NCBI GenBank assembly: GCA_020051075.1
Contig: JAGVJP010000079.1
Span: 1-39,377 of the forward strand
Source: Parachlamydiales bacterium
Lineage (GTDB): Bacteria > Chlamydiota > Chlamydiia > Chlamydiales > Parachlamydiaceae
Direction: 5' to 3'
Length of the DNA: 39,377 nucleotides
Positions 9,773-18,829 of the stretch are shown one piece after another. The position numbers were made by a program, and so were the translations under genes. Position 1 is the stretch's first letter. Each line of letters begins with the position of its first letter. The notes below the pieces were generated by a model. That model did not search any database, was not told the DNA's origin, and saw only the letters and a list, made by a program, of their open reading frames with translations.

Positions 9773-10623
9773 ATGACGTGGATTAAGGCTTCATCGCCTA
9801 GTGTCATTAATACTGCTTCCCGTAAGAGGTTTTCCACATTTCCCTGGTTGCCATTTAAGCTTTTAATCCTCTTTGCAGCATAGCGCGCGATGTTGATGCC
9901 ATCTCGGATGGTGTAGTTTTCGTTCTGGGAATGAGCTTTTTGCAAAAAGGCGACCACATATTCCATGATATATTCGTCAACGAAGGGGAGGTTTTCTCTT
10001 AGAATCCGCCGCTCTTCTTCAGCTTCAGGAAAGTCGAGGTGGATCTGCGGCTGCAAGCGGCTGTGGATGTACTCAGGAATCTCGAATGTCGAAGCGTCGT
10101 CGTTCATGGTGACGCAGATGCGGAAGTCTTCATGAGCAGACACCTTTAATCCAGCGACAATAGATTCAATATAACGCCGTGTATCTAACAGTGGAGCTAA
10201 AGATGCCCAAGATTTTTCACTCATCCGGTTAGCCTCGTCCAAGATGCATACGCCTCCTGTAATCATTGCTGTGACAAGGGCTGAAGCAACATAGCGGATG
10301 CCTCCTTGCCGGTCAACAACAGGAGTGATGAGTAAGTCTTCTGGACGGGTATCCATCGTACATTGGAAGATGTAGACATCTTTTTTTATCGCTTTTGCTG
10401 CGGCGTAGGCTAACGTTGTCTTGCCGACTCCAGGCTTGCCGATCAACCGCGGATTCAGGGGGATGTCGTCTTTGTCGATGACGAGCCAAGCTGCTAACAG
10501 CTGATCCAACACATCTCGTTGTCCGATCCATTCGAATTTAAACTCGTCCGGGAATCCCAAGGCGATTTCAACCCCTTGGATGTTCACACGTCTTTCATGT
10601 TCGCTAGGGTGTCTATTTGACAT
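9769..10623 (-). CDS. MoxR-type AAA+ ATPase (AAA_5)
   Basis: Walker A GKPGVGKT and Walker B ILDEANR. Start reassigned to the ATG at 10623 because the longer ORF overlaps ttcA. Confidence 0.9.
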   Translation of the reverse strand: MSNRHPSEHERRVNIQGVEIALGFPDEFKFEWIGQRDVLDQLLAAWLVIDKDDIPLNPRLIGKPGVGKTTLAYAAAKAIKKDVYIFQCTMDTRPEDLLITPVVDRQGGIRYVASALVTAMITGGVCILDEANRMSEKSWASLAPLLDTRRYIESIVAGLKVSAHEDFRICVTMNDDASTFEIPEYIHSRLQPQIHLDFPEAEEERRILRENLPFVDEYIMEYVVAFLQKAHSQNENYTIRDGINIARYAAKRIKSLNGNQGNVENLLREAVLMTLGDEALIHVI

Positions 10624-10633
10624 AATATTTCCT

Positions 10634-11377
10634 TTATCGGTGTGCGGCTTTTTGCGAGCCATATAATAGTCCTGCTTTGGCGATATTTTCCCGTGCATTA
10701 GGAAAGACCGCTTCAATCTCGCGGAGGAGTTCATCTGTTTTCTTGCGCAACGAATGTTGACCGACAGGGCAGCGGCACATGATGCGGGCATACCCTTGCT
10801 GTTGGGAGAAGGTGCGGATATCTTCCTCTGAGAAGTAGATGAGGGGGCGGATGATCGTGACGTTGTAGTCTTGCATGAAGATCTTCGGCAGATTTCCAGC
10901 AAATTCAGCTTTGTGGAGCAAATTCATTAACACTGTTTGTGCGTTGTCATCTTGATGGTGGCCGAACGCGATGGTATGAGCTCCAACAGCTTTTGCAGCG
11001 TCGAATAACAGCCGCCTCCTTTCGCGTGAGCAGCTGTAGCATTCTAAAGTTTCCAGTTTCTGCTGTGACTCGCACTGGATGAACGTGACGTTCAGCTTAT
11101 CGCAAATCCCTTGGAGATAGGCTGCGTCGACCCCAGCGCCGCAGGAGAATTCCCCAGCGACATGAATAGCATAGATGTCTAGAGGGGGAAATCCTCTTCC
11201 CGATATCGCCTTTAGGAGAAATAGAAGTGTTAAACTGTCTTTTCCGCCGCTGAGGGCGATGGCGAGTTTCGAGACTCCATCGAGCATTTTGAAGTCGAAC
11301 AGAGCTTTCCGCAAAGTGCTTTCAAGCCTTTTTCCTAATGTTGTCCAAGGAGGTTGAGCGATAGGGATGCTTATCAT
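10634..11377 (-). CDS. ttcA: tRNA 2-thiocytidine biosynthesis protein TtcA family
   Basis: PP-loop SGGKDS, CYSCSRERR, GHHQDD, IIRPL and CP motifs. Confidence 0.9.
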   Translation of the reverse strand: MISIPIAQPPWTTLGKRLESTLRKALFDFKMLDGVSKLAIALSGGKDSLTLLFLLKAISGRGFPPLDIYAIHVAGEFSCGAGVDAAYLQGICDKLNVTFIQCESQQKLETLECYSCSRERRRLLFDAAKAVGAHTIAFGHHQDDNAQTVLMNLLHKAEFAGNLPKIFMQDYNVTIIRPLIYFSEEDIRTFSQQQGYARIMCRCPVGQHSLRKKTDELLREIEAVFPNARENIAKAGLLYGSQKAAHR

Positions 11378-11595
11378 GAACGTTTATAATTGTTTAAAAA
11401 AATAGAGCTGCAGTATAATTTTGGTGTTGTAATATAAAACAGAATGTTGCTTGATTTCGAATAGATAACCCAAAACTCAGATTTCCATTTTATCGTAAGA
11501 AGTAGGGGGTGTCAAGCTGATTTCTAGCGACTTCTATTGAAAAAGCAATGATTTGATCAGACAAGAGTTGCTTGAAAAAAAATATTAGAGGAAAT

Positions 11596-11889
11596 ATGAG
11601 TGAAAAAATCGGGAGAAACGATCCTTGTCCATGTGGGTCAGGGAAGAAGTACAAACAGTGTTGTTTGCTGCATAAGAAGCAAAAAGTGACAACTTTGGCT
11701 GGCCGGAAATTTACAGCTAAGGTTATTTCTAAGCCGTCTAAAAGCCCTGAAGAGAAGGAAAATGAAGAGCAGCAGCTGAAGGCAGAAAAAGATTACAATT
11801 CTTTGATGGAGAGGTCTTTTGGTGCAGCGCTTCATTCAAATGAGGAATCTCCAACGCCTGCGGACCCTTCGGAGTTTATTGAAAAGTAG
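11596..11889 (+). CDS. SEC-C motif (Zn-binding) protein
   Basis: [27 protein letters not shown] before the ATG at 11596. Confidence 0.9.
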   Translation: MSEKIGRNDPCPCGSGKKYKQCCLLHKKQKVTTLAGRKFTAKVISKPSKSPEEKENEEQQLKAEKDYNSLMERSFGAALHSNEESPTPADPSEFIEK

Positions 11890-11936
11890 CTCATACAATA
11901 CCCTCACCGCTTTTTTTTAGGGGGGCAACAAAATTG

Positions 11937-11966
11937 TTGTAGAAAAAAAGCCAATTTTGATATAAC
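11937..11966 (+). promoter_or_regulatory. Putative sigma70-type promoter of the tRNA-Thr/Tyr operon
   Basis: TTGTAG-N18-TATAAC with a TGn extension, just upstream of tRNA-Thr. Confidence 0.55.
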
Positions 11967-11979
11967 CACCCTTCCGTTC

Positions 11980-12052
11980 GCTGGCATAGCTCAATTGGTA
12001 GAGCACCCGATTTGTAATCGGACGGTTGTGGGTTCAATTCCTACTGCCAGCA
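11980..12052 (+). tRNA. tRNA-Thr(TGT)
   Basis: Cloverleaf with anticodon loop TT-TGT-AA. Confidence 0.97.
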
Positions 12053-12059
12053 TCATTAT

Positions 12060-12141
12060 GGGGGTGTCGCATAGCGGCAATTGCAAGGGACTGTAAATCC
12101 CTCGACTCACGTCTCCGTTGGTTCGAGTCCAACCGCCCCCA
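12060..12141 (+). tRNA. tRNA-Tyr(GTA), integration hotspot
   Basis: Anticodon arm aggga-CT-GTA-AA-tccct, long variable arm, acceptor stem GGGGGTG/CGCCCCC. Confidence 0.97.
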
Positions 12142-12257
12142 AACTCGTCTTCTCGTCAATCTTCACTTTCCAAGCCCTCCCAATCAACAAGATATGCAAG
12201 ATCGCTTCGCAGCAGGAAAGGCATGATGAGAGTTCGTACTTCCAATCAATCGTCTTG

Positions 12258-12300
12258 AATACGCGAAGCGTTTGGAGTGTGGAAGCCCTCTTCCGCTTTT
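12258..12300 (+). repeat. REP-like hairpin element, copy 1
   Basis: AATACGCGAAGCGTTTGGAGTG(T/C)GGAAGCCCTCTTCCGCTTTT; other copies at 13884, 21430-21530 and 39303. Confidence 0.85.
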
Positions 12301-12475
12301 TTGACGACACTCTTGATCTGTATCTGTGAGGCAAATAGGTAGCGATGGGCGAGCATGTGATGTGTCTCCCTATAAAAAACTATTGCTAAATACAGCATCA
12401 GTTCATTTGATGATTTTTTTAGACTCTTTGTGAGACAATGAATCGCATATTTAAATACTTCAAAAGGATTGATGA

Positions 12476-12856
12476 GTGGAAGTGTATAATATTAATGATT
12501 TACATCATGAGCAGCTTATTTCTTCAAAGACTGGGGAAATCTTTTCGAAATCTGCAGTGTTAACAGAGCTTTTTTTCTGTCACAAGATTTTTGTTCATCA
12601 TGAAATCCTCTCTCCTATGAAAAGAGCATCTGCTCCTCATAGTCACACCATCCAAGAAGAAATGATACTTGTTTTGGATGGTCTCCCTACAGCACATCTT
12701 GGAAATCAAGTTATACAGTTAAAGCCTGGAGATTTTATTGGATTTAAACCAGGAACGAAAGAGCTACACTATATAGAGAACACAACAGATAAAGAAGTTC
12801 GTTTTTTAGTCATTTGCTCTAATCAAGAAGATGACAAAATTGTTTTTGATTCATGA
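12476..12856 (+). CDS. Cupin domain protein
   Basis: HSHTIQEEMILVLDG and GDFIGF...HYIEN cupin motifs. Confidence 0.9.
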   Translation: MEVYNINDLHHEQLISSKTGEIFSKSAVLTELFFCHKIFVHHEILSPMKRASAPHSHTIQEEMILVLDGLPTAHLGNQVIQLKPGDFIGFKPGTKELHYIENTTDKEVRFLVICSNQEDDKIVFDS

Positions 12857-13525
12857 TAAAGAAGAGCACCCCGTATTCGTTCTCTCTTTCTGTGTTTTCA
12901 AGAAAAGCGATTACTCCCAGATGGTTGCACCCGCTGTATGTACTCTGAAATTTGATTTTTGGGGGCATGACTCTATCGTTTTGCATAGCCATAAGATCAG
13001 AAAACAAGTAGATGATTTCTCGATTTTGGCAAACTTGACTTCAATGGAAAGATTCATGAAAGGGCTAAATGATTTAATTGATACAGCGCCCTTTACCATC
13101 ATATCCACAATCATCGACAAGCGACAATTGAAGAACCGCTATAGCAATCCTCGAAATCCCTATCATTTGGGATTGCTTTTTTGCCTGAGCGTACTTCTCG
13201 TTTTCTTGAAGAGAAAGGACAGAAAGCCAATCTTACCCATCTGGTGGTAGAAGCACGAGGAAAAAAGGAAGATGCTGATCTCGAATTAGAATTCCGTCGC
13301 ATTTTGGACCAGAATCCAAAAGGTCTAGCTAATTTTGAAATCCAATTTGCAGATAAACGTGTAAACAGTGCTGGATTGCAGATTGTCGATCTCGTCGCTC
13401 ATCCGATAGGCAGGAATTACATAAATCCTCAGCAGATAAATCGAAGTTATGAGATATTAGAGAAGAAGTTCCATAGATATCCTAGCCACATGGGTAAAGG
13501 ATTAAAAATCTTCCCCAAGATCTAG
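12857..13525 (+). pseudogene. DUF3800 family protein, N-terminally truncated and frameshifted
   Basis: HPVFVLSFC..LKF..WGHD.IVLH in one frame continues as ERTSRFL..EARGKKED..GLQIVDLVAHPIGR in another (shift near 13185). The usual N-terminal Y.DESG motif is absent. Confidence 0.8.
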
Positions 13526-13586
13526 AAAGCGAAAAGCCCCGAGAAACCCCGAGGCATTAACGCCGGCTAGGAATCCCCAGCCCATA
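13526..13586 (-). ncRNA. Candidate ~60-nt DUF3800-associated small RNA, convergent to the DUF3800 gene
   Basis: Minus strand has hairpin GGCUGGG-gauu-CCUAGCC, then GCCUCGGG-guuu-CUCGGGGC plus a U-tract. G-U pairs form only in this orientation. It has its own promoter upstream. Confidence 0.65.
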
Positions 13587-13591
13587 CAATC

Positions 13592-13621
13592 GTTATAGCA
13601 AAGTCTTCCCTTGTTTGACAA
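13592..13621 (-). promoter_or_regulatory. Putative promoter of the small RNA
   Basis: TTGTCA-N18-TATAAC with a TGn extended -10 on the minus strand. Confidence 0.6.
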
Positions 13622-13654
13622 GGGGTAATCGCTGACAATCTGGATTTACGCAAA

Positions 13655-13743
13655 TGTATTCTAGTTTATGCCAGAATGTGGAAGCGCAACCGACTGTAAA
13701 TCCCTCGACTCACGTCTCCGTTGGTTCGATCCAACTGCCCCCA
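13655..13743 (+). repeat. att-like junction: left arm plus 3' half of tRNA-Tyr (copy 2)
   Basis: GACTGTAAATCCCTCGACTCACGTCTCCGTTGGTTCGA.. from 13692. The ~37-bp upstream arm is shared with 16376-16412. Confidence 0.9.
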
Positions 13744-13842
13744 TGTCACCTTCTCGTTAATCTTCACCTCCCAAGCCCTTCCAATAAACAAGATCAACAG
13801 GATATGCAAGATCGCTTCGCGGCAAGATAGGCATGATGAGAG

Positions 13843-13926
13843 TTCGCACTCCAAGCACTTTGCGTATCCAACGAATCGTATTGAATACGCGAAGCGTTTG
13901 GAGTGCGGAAGCCCTCTTCCGCTTTT
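13843..13926. repeat. REP-like element, partial inverted pair (copy 2)
   Basis: TTCGCACTCCAAGCACTTTGCGTAT...AATACGCGAAGCGTTTGGAGTGCGGAAGCCCTCTTCCGCTTTT. Confidence 0.8.
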
Positions 13927-14149
13927 CGATGGTCAATTTTGTGGGAAACCTGTGAGTGGATAACAATCTGTTGTTGGCGATAGCTCACGAGACTGGGCAA
14001 GCCCGACTTTTACAATTACCTCTTGTGTAGCCCCTTACCTGAGGGGATTGTTTTAGTGCGTATTTCGTAAATACTTCTCGATCAGGCATATTGCTTCATG
14101 GTAAAAAACATGGTTTTGAATTCTATTTTTGAACTGTAAAATGTAGATC

Positions 14150-14304
14150 TATTACCAGCCTCTTTCGAATGGAGCACAAATCTCCAACTCACAAGCTGAG
14201 TTGAATAATGTGATTGCTAGAAAGGATGTAAAAGGGCGTTGAAAATTGTAGAACCAAACATTTGGAAAGAAATTGAAGGAATAGCACATGCCACAGAAGC
14301 CTAA
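14150..14304 (+). pseudogene. 3' remnant of the zeta-toxin-like ATPase gene (paralog of 19536-20126)
   Basis: Nucleotide sequence closely matches ~19969-20126 with indels. Confidence 0.85.
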
Positions 14305-14491
14305 AGAAGATATGATTGAACTTTTATTAGAATCCCACCGAAAGGGCGTTGAAAGTGCTATCGATCTTTCCATTCGCACAGGAGTCCCGCTTGTTATAGC
14401 CAAAGATGGGCTGATCCAAGAAGTGAAACCGAAATTCAAATATGCAATCACAGAAGATGAGGAAAATAATTCGTCGAACGCCCAGAATTAA
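14288..14491 (+). CDS. Small putative antitoxin-like protein, paralog of 20110-20316
   Basis: Nearly identical to MAQKPKEDMIELLL...; small internal deletion near the C-terminus. Confidence 0.75.
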   Translation: MPQKPKEDMIELLLESHRKGVESAIDLSIRTGVPLVIAKDGLIQEVKPKFKYAITEDEENNSSNAQN

Positions 14492-14898
14492 AGGAGAAGT
14501 TAAAATCAAGAATTGGCAATTACATACCAAACAGGGCGGTTTACAATCAATCAAGATCATTATAGATCAAAAGAACGCATACGTAAACTTTAATAATGCA
14601 TTCTCTTGAAGTTCGTTTCTTCGTGGTCTTTAGATTGGCGGGAATTGGAAATCTACTTTCTCACTGACAACCACTTCTTTCTTCTCGGATGAATATGCAT
14701 CTTTGATTTTCAGCAGTGTATGTGTTGCTAAAAAGCCGAATTTAAAGCCATATACAAACAATGGACTTGCGGACCCACGAAACATATCAGCATATTCATT
14801 TGACATTTCACATACATACGAACCAAAATAAGTCGCAACAAATTCAGCAATGCTTTTAATTATTGGAGTGAGGAAAAAAGAACGAATACTTTAAATTC

Positions 14899-15291
14899 GT
14901 GATGAGTCGTGTGAACAAATTTCGTAGTGGTGAAATTAATATGAGCGCGATGAAACGAGAATTAAAGATGCAGATTGTCTCGATTGAGAAAAATTGTGGC
15001 TATTGTGGGAAAGCAGATGAATTATCATGGGATCATCTTATTCCTCAGATTAAAGGTGGTCCTGATAATGCTGAAAATTTGGTCTTGTGTTGTCGTAGAT
15101 GTAATTCTTCAAAAGGCAGTCGAGGGCTTTATGCTTGGTACGGATTGAGTAACAAGGATAAATTGCCAAGGATTATAGCAGGAAAATACTTAAAGCTTCT
15201 TTACGACTTTCATCTCAACCGAGGGACTCTAGATTCTGTGGATTTAAACGGTGATGGAAAACTAGATGTCTTTGATTTAGAGGTCCTTTAA
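14899..15291 (+). CDS. HNH endonuclease, probably N-terminally truncated
   Basis: CGYCG...WDHLIP..GGPD..NLVLCCRRCNSSKG. The frame extends upstream only to 14872. C-terminal DLNGDGKLDVFD Ca-binding-like loop. Confidence 0.8.
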   Translation: MMSRVNKFRSGEINMSAMKRELKMQIVSIEKNCGYCGKADELSWDHLIPQIKGGPDNAENLVLCCRRCNSSKGSRGLYAWYGLSNKDKLPRIIAGKYLKLLYDFHLNRGTLDSVDLNGDGKLDVFDLEVL

Positions 15292-15529
15292 ATATTTAAA
15301 CAGAAAGTGAATGAAAATTAATTTGATTAGAGCCCTAGATAGATTAGGGCCGTGTTGCTCTCTGTTCCTATAGCCATTGTTACTCTTGAAAATGGTGTTA
15401 ATGATTATCTCCGTATGTATAATCACAAGATCATTTCGACAGGTAGTCAGGGGGCTTTTTTTACCCTAAATTCAATTCATGTTATGGGAGATGCAACGTC
15501 TCTAAAAGTACAATGACGATAGAACATTC

Positions 15530-15829
15530 CTATATCATGCTAATCCTGACATGTTTGCCAACAGCTGCGGCAGCATTAACAAGAGAGCGGATGTTAGAAG
15601 GTTGGGTTGGATCAAGCAAACGGTCTAAAGCTGACCGACTTGTCCCTATACGTTTTGCAAACTCTTCCTTTGTGAGTTGTTGTTTTTCCATTTCATCTTC
15701 AAGTTGCATGACGAAGGCATACTTTGCCCCAACTTCTTGGCAGTGTTCAAAGATCCCTTCCTCTTTAAGAAAGTCATCAAAACTTGAGCCTGCATGAACA
15801 TTCTTACTTTTTCTTTTCTTGCTGTTCAT
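15530..15829 (-). CDS. XRE-family HTH antitoxin (HigA-like)
   Basis: HAGSSFDDFLKEEG and FAKRIGTSRSALDRLLDP; overlaps the toxin 3' end. Confidence 0.88.
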   Translation of the reverse strand: MNSKKRKSKNVHAGSSFDDFLKEEGIFEHCQEVGAKYAFVMQLEDEMEKQQLTKEEFAKRIGTSRSALDRLLDPTQPSNIRSLVNAAAAVGKHVRISMI

Positions 15830-16166
15830 AATTTTTTGCCCTCTCTTTAGCTAGTTTTAAATCCTGTATAGGAAGTTTCTGCGTCTTCTTGATAAACCCG
15901 TGAAGGAGAATCATCGTTTTATTGATAACCATGAAAATAATTCGAATAATTCCGTTAGGAATGTGACTCCTCAATTCATGTATTCCGTCTCCGAGATTTC
16001 GAACTAAAGGCATCCCTAACGGCCAACGAAATTGGACTTTACTGATGTCTTCACCGAGAATCATCTTAATCGGTTTGTCTAGAGATTGAAGCCAAATCCT
16101 AACAGGTTCGTTCCCGTTAAGCTCTCTGTAAAATTCCACCTTCAGTGTTGGCTTGATTTTTTCCAT
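15804..16166 (-). CDS. RelE/HigB-like (Gp49/DUF891) toxin
   Basis: FYRELNGNEPVRIWL, GIHELRS and LLHGFIKKTQK; toxin-first higBA order. Confidence 0.88.
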   Translation of the reverse strand: MEKIKPTLKVEFYRELNGNEPVRIWLQSLDKPIKMILGEDISKVQFRWPLGMPLVRNLGDGIHELRSHIPNGIIRIIFMVINKTMILLHGFIKKTQKLPIQDLKLAKERAKNYEQQEKKK

Positions 16167-16188
16167 TTGCGTCCTTCATCTAACTCTA

Positions 16189-16217
16189 ATTGTATCACTT
16201 CTGGTACATTAGTGCAA
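16189..16217 (-). promoter_or_regulatory. TA operon promoter with a palindromic operator
   Basis: Minus strand TTGCAC-N17-TACAAT. Imperfect palindrome TGTATCA-N4-TGGTACA (16191-16208) overlaps the -10 and spacer. Confidence 0.65.
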
Positions 16218-16375
16218 TAGAGCTTCTGAGGAAACTTGGATTTTCGGTTTTGTTGTTTCAAGAGCTTCGGTGTTTTTTACGCAATTTTTACGCATTAGAC
16301 TGCAAAACAGTGGCGCAAAATGGCGTAAGCCAGCACAATCGAAAGTCTTTTAAATCATTGATTGTGTTGCGCCTA

Positions 16376-16478
16376 TGTATTCTAGTTTACGCCAGTGTGT
16401 GGAAGTGAAACCGACTGTAAATCCCTCGACTCACGTCTCCGTTGGTTCGAGTCCAACCGCCCCCAAACTCGTCTTCTC
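16376..16478 (+). repeat. att-like junction: left arm plus 3' half of tRNA-Tyr (copy 3)
   Basis: 16413-16478 is identical over 66 bp to 12089-12154. Confidence 0.93.
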
Positions 16479-16793
16479 CCAAGCCCTCACCATAACAAGA
16501 TCGATAGGATATGCAAGCACTCACCAGGCTTAGACTTATCCCGAGCTTGAATTTTCACCAATACAGTTAATTTCTGCCGTCTGATAGTGCAAGTCTGACA
16601 CCTTCCTCCTGAGGCTTTTTTATTGGCGGCGGAGCAAGCCAAGAGTTTGGCTTGTGTTTGGACTTGAAATGAAGTGCTATTAATAGTACGAACCAGCGGG
16701 TCCCGGAGTTTAACCGTTCTCATTCGTGCTTGCAAAATTTCTAAAGAAGCTATATTAGTTTGAGAAAAAACGATATATTGGAGGTTTCGAAAG

Positions 16794-17774
16794 ATGGAAG
16801 CGTTTTTGACGGATACAATCTATGATTTTCAAGGCACGAGAGAAAAAAAGTATCATATAGAACACCATTTAGAACACCATTATTATATCAATCATCAATC
16901 CATTGCTGCTTCTCAATTGAAGCGCATGTCGGCCACTCAACTTGACGAAGATTGGAAGTTGTATGATTTTTTTGGTTCAATTTACATCATCAATTTACCC
17001 GAAGAAACAAAAAGATTAGAACGCACTAGAAAGGCTTTAGAGCAGGTAGGTGTTGAAGATTTTGTCGTTTTTCCTGCCATCCGAGGCTCTCAACAGGAAG
17101 AAAGAGTCTGGAAGCAAATGAATACCAACTGGATCGGATATAATCTTTCGACGATTGCTGGTCAAGAAGCATTTGACAAACAATCTCAGGCAGAAACAGG
17201 TTGTTATTTGAGTCATCTTAAAGTGATTGAAATTGTGAGAAATCATTTCGAAGAAGCAAAAAAACTCCTAAAATCTGCTAAGAAGAGCAAGAATCGAAGA
17301 AAAATTTAAAATGCTAAAATGCTTGTTAGAAAATATAGTAGTGTTCTTATCATAGAAGATGATAATTCTTTTGGAATTGTCAATCCAGATCTTGTTTCCG
17401 CGAACTTATCAGGAGTTGGGACTTTATTTCGAAAAGCAATGAAAGAGCTCCCTAAAAATTGGGAAATGGTTTATTTTATGTCTCAGCCTATAAGGCCATC
17501 TCGCTATTTCTCAAACCATCTTGTCAGGAATAGACAAGGTATCTATTTAAATGCTTATGCGGTCAATCATTTAATGTACGATACTCTCATTAACCATTTG
17601 AGTAAAATTTATCGCCCTGATAATACTCATATTTCACCCGTTGACTTTGAGATCTCATTGATTCATGAATTTCATCAAACTTTTTCTGTGACCCCTTCCA
17701 TCGCCTATCAAGTGGAAGGATTAAGTAGTATTACCTCTAACGAATATAAAATTTACAGACAGACGCAGCCTTAA
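16794..17774 (+). pseudogene. Glycosyltransferase family 25 interrupted by one in-frame TAA
   Basis: IYIINL..RLE, GCYLSHL and LIIEDD motifs are split over two same-frame ORFs; stop at 17307-17309. Confidence 0.8.
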
Positions 17775-17847
17775 ATCAGTGGATTAAAATCTGTTGTTGG
17801 CGATAGCTCGCAGATCTGGTTCAGGCTTGACTTTTGCAATTACCTAC

Positions 17848-18666
17848 TTAGGTCCTTAATTTCCATTTAGTACGTGTATAGGCTAGGCGGAAACCATTTT
17901 TCTCAGCATTTTTTTGAGATTGACTACCGGGACTTGCTGCCATCATTGCGAAAGTGCAACCATGATCTGCTGCACGGTTTAAACGCGCATCGATTAATGC
18001 AGTTTGCGCTCCACAGTTGCGCCCTTCTGCAATTGTGCTATCTCCAGTTATAAGTGCGATACCATTGTCCATGTAGAGCATTCCTGTTGAGATAGGCTTG
18101 CCATTCAGATGTGCAAAAAATGAAAGCACGCCTCGGCTCTGGGTTGCTATTTGGGCAAATTCGTAGATGAATTCAGATAGGCCAGGTGCTTCTGCGCTCC
18201 ACCCTTTAGCACTCGTTGCCGCCCAAATATTCTCTTCTCCTTTCTGCATATCTCGTGTAGTGATTTCCGGATTGATTAGTTGATATGAAGAATCGTCCTT
18301 TGAAAGAGGTTTATAAAGGATGCTTGTCAGCTCAACAGGTTGATAGCCGCATTTATATAAGATTTCCATATGCGTGGGGTCTGACATCGGACTTATTTCA
18401 TGAAAGATAGGAGCTGAGAATCGATTATAGAATTTTTCGAGTTCCTCAATAGCCTTCAAAGATAATTTTTCAAACAGTCCAAGTCCAAAGGTTTGTGTTA
18501 GAGGAGATTCTACTCCATCAAACATAGCATAGGTTCCAGCAACCTCTTTCCATTCCACACCGCTATCAGGGAGCATTTTCAAGCGTGAGCAAACAAACTC
18601 TGCATTAAAACGGGCTTCAGTTTTTTCAAGTTGTTGAGAAAGGGCCTCATTCGAGTAAATCATCAT
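17848..18666 (-). CDS. GNAT family N-acetyltransferase
   Basis: C-terminal acetyl-CoA motif STIAEGRNCGAQTALI...SQKNAEKNGF. Confidence 0.85.
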   Translation of the reverse strand: MMIYSNEALSQQLEKTEARFNAEFVCSRLKMLPDSGVEWKEVAGTYAMFDGVESPLTQTFGLGLFEKLSLKAIEELEKFYNRFSAPIFHEISPMSDPTHMEILYKCGYQPVELTSILYKPLSKDDSSYQLINPEITTRDMQKGEENIWAATSAKGWSAEAPGLSEFIYEFAQIATQSRGVLSFFAHLNGKPISTGMLYMDNGIALITGDSTIAEGRNCGAQTALIDARLNRAADHGCTFAMMAASPGSQSQKNAEKNGFRLAYTRTKWKLRT

Positions 18667-18829
18667 GTATTTCCTTTTTTTCGCTGCTTCTAAAAATTTA
18701 CATCCATCTACATATGCTGCCTTATAGCATATGTGTAGAACTTATGATAGCTCACGGGACTGGGCAAGCCCGACTTTTACAATTACCTCTTGTAGTTCCT
18801 TACCCGAAGGAATTGTTTTTTATCCACAA

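Noticed and set aside
10624..10902. N-terminal extension of the 377-aa AAA ORF
   Set aside because: Overlaps ttcA in another frame with non-protein-like composition; the ATG at 10623 has an AAAGGA RBS.
12026..12334. Short ORFs over tRNA-Thr/Tyr and the repeats (similar ones at 13666-14000 and 21337-21570)
   Set aside because: They translate tRNA or REP DNA; their mutual similarity reflects the DNA repeats.
14131..14140. ACTGTAA near homology breakpoints (also 22520) as secondary crossover cores
   Set aside because: A short AT-rich match inside already duplicated DNA, so not independent evidence.
13692..16478. The two tRNA-Tyr copies (13692 and 16413) as functional tRNA genes
   Set aside because: Both lack the 5' acceptor strand and D-arm.
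16520..16730. Possible structured RNA upstream of GT25
   Set aside because: Only isolated hairpins; no recognisable motif and no second copy.
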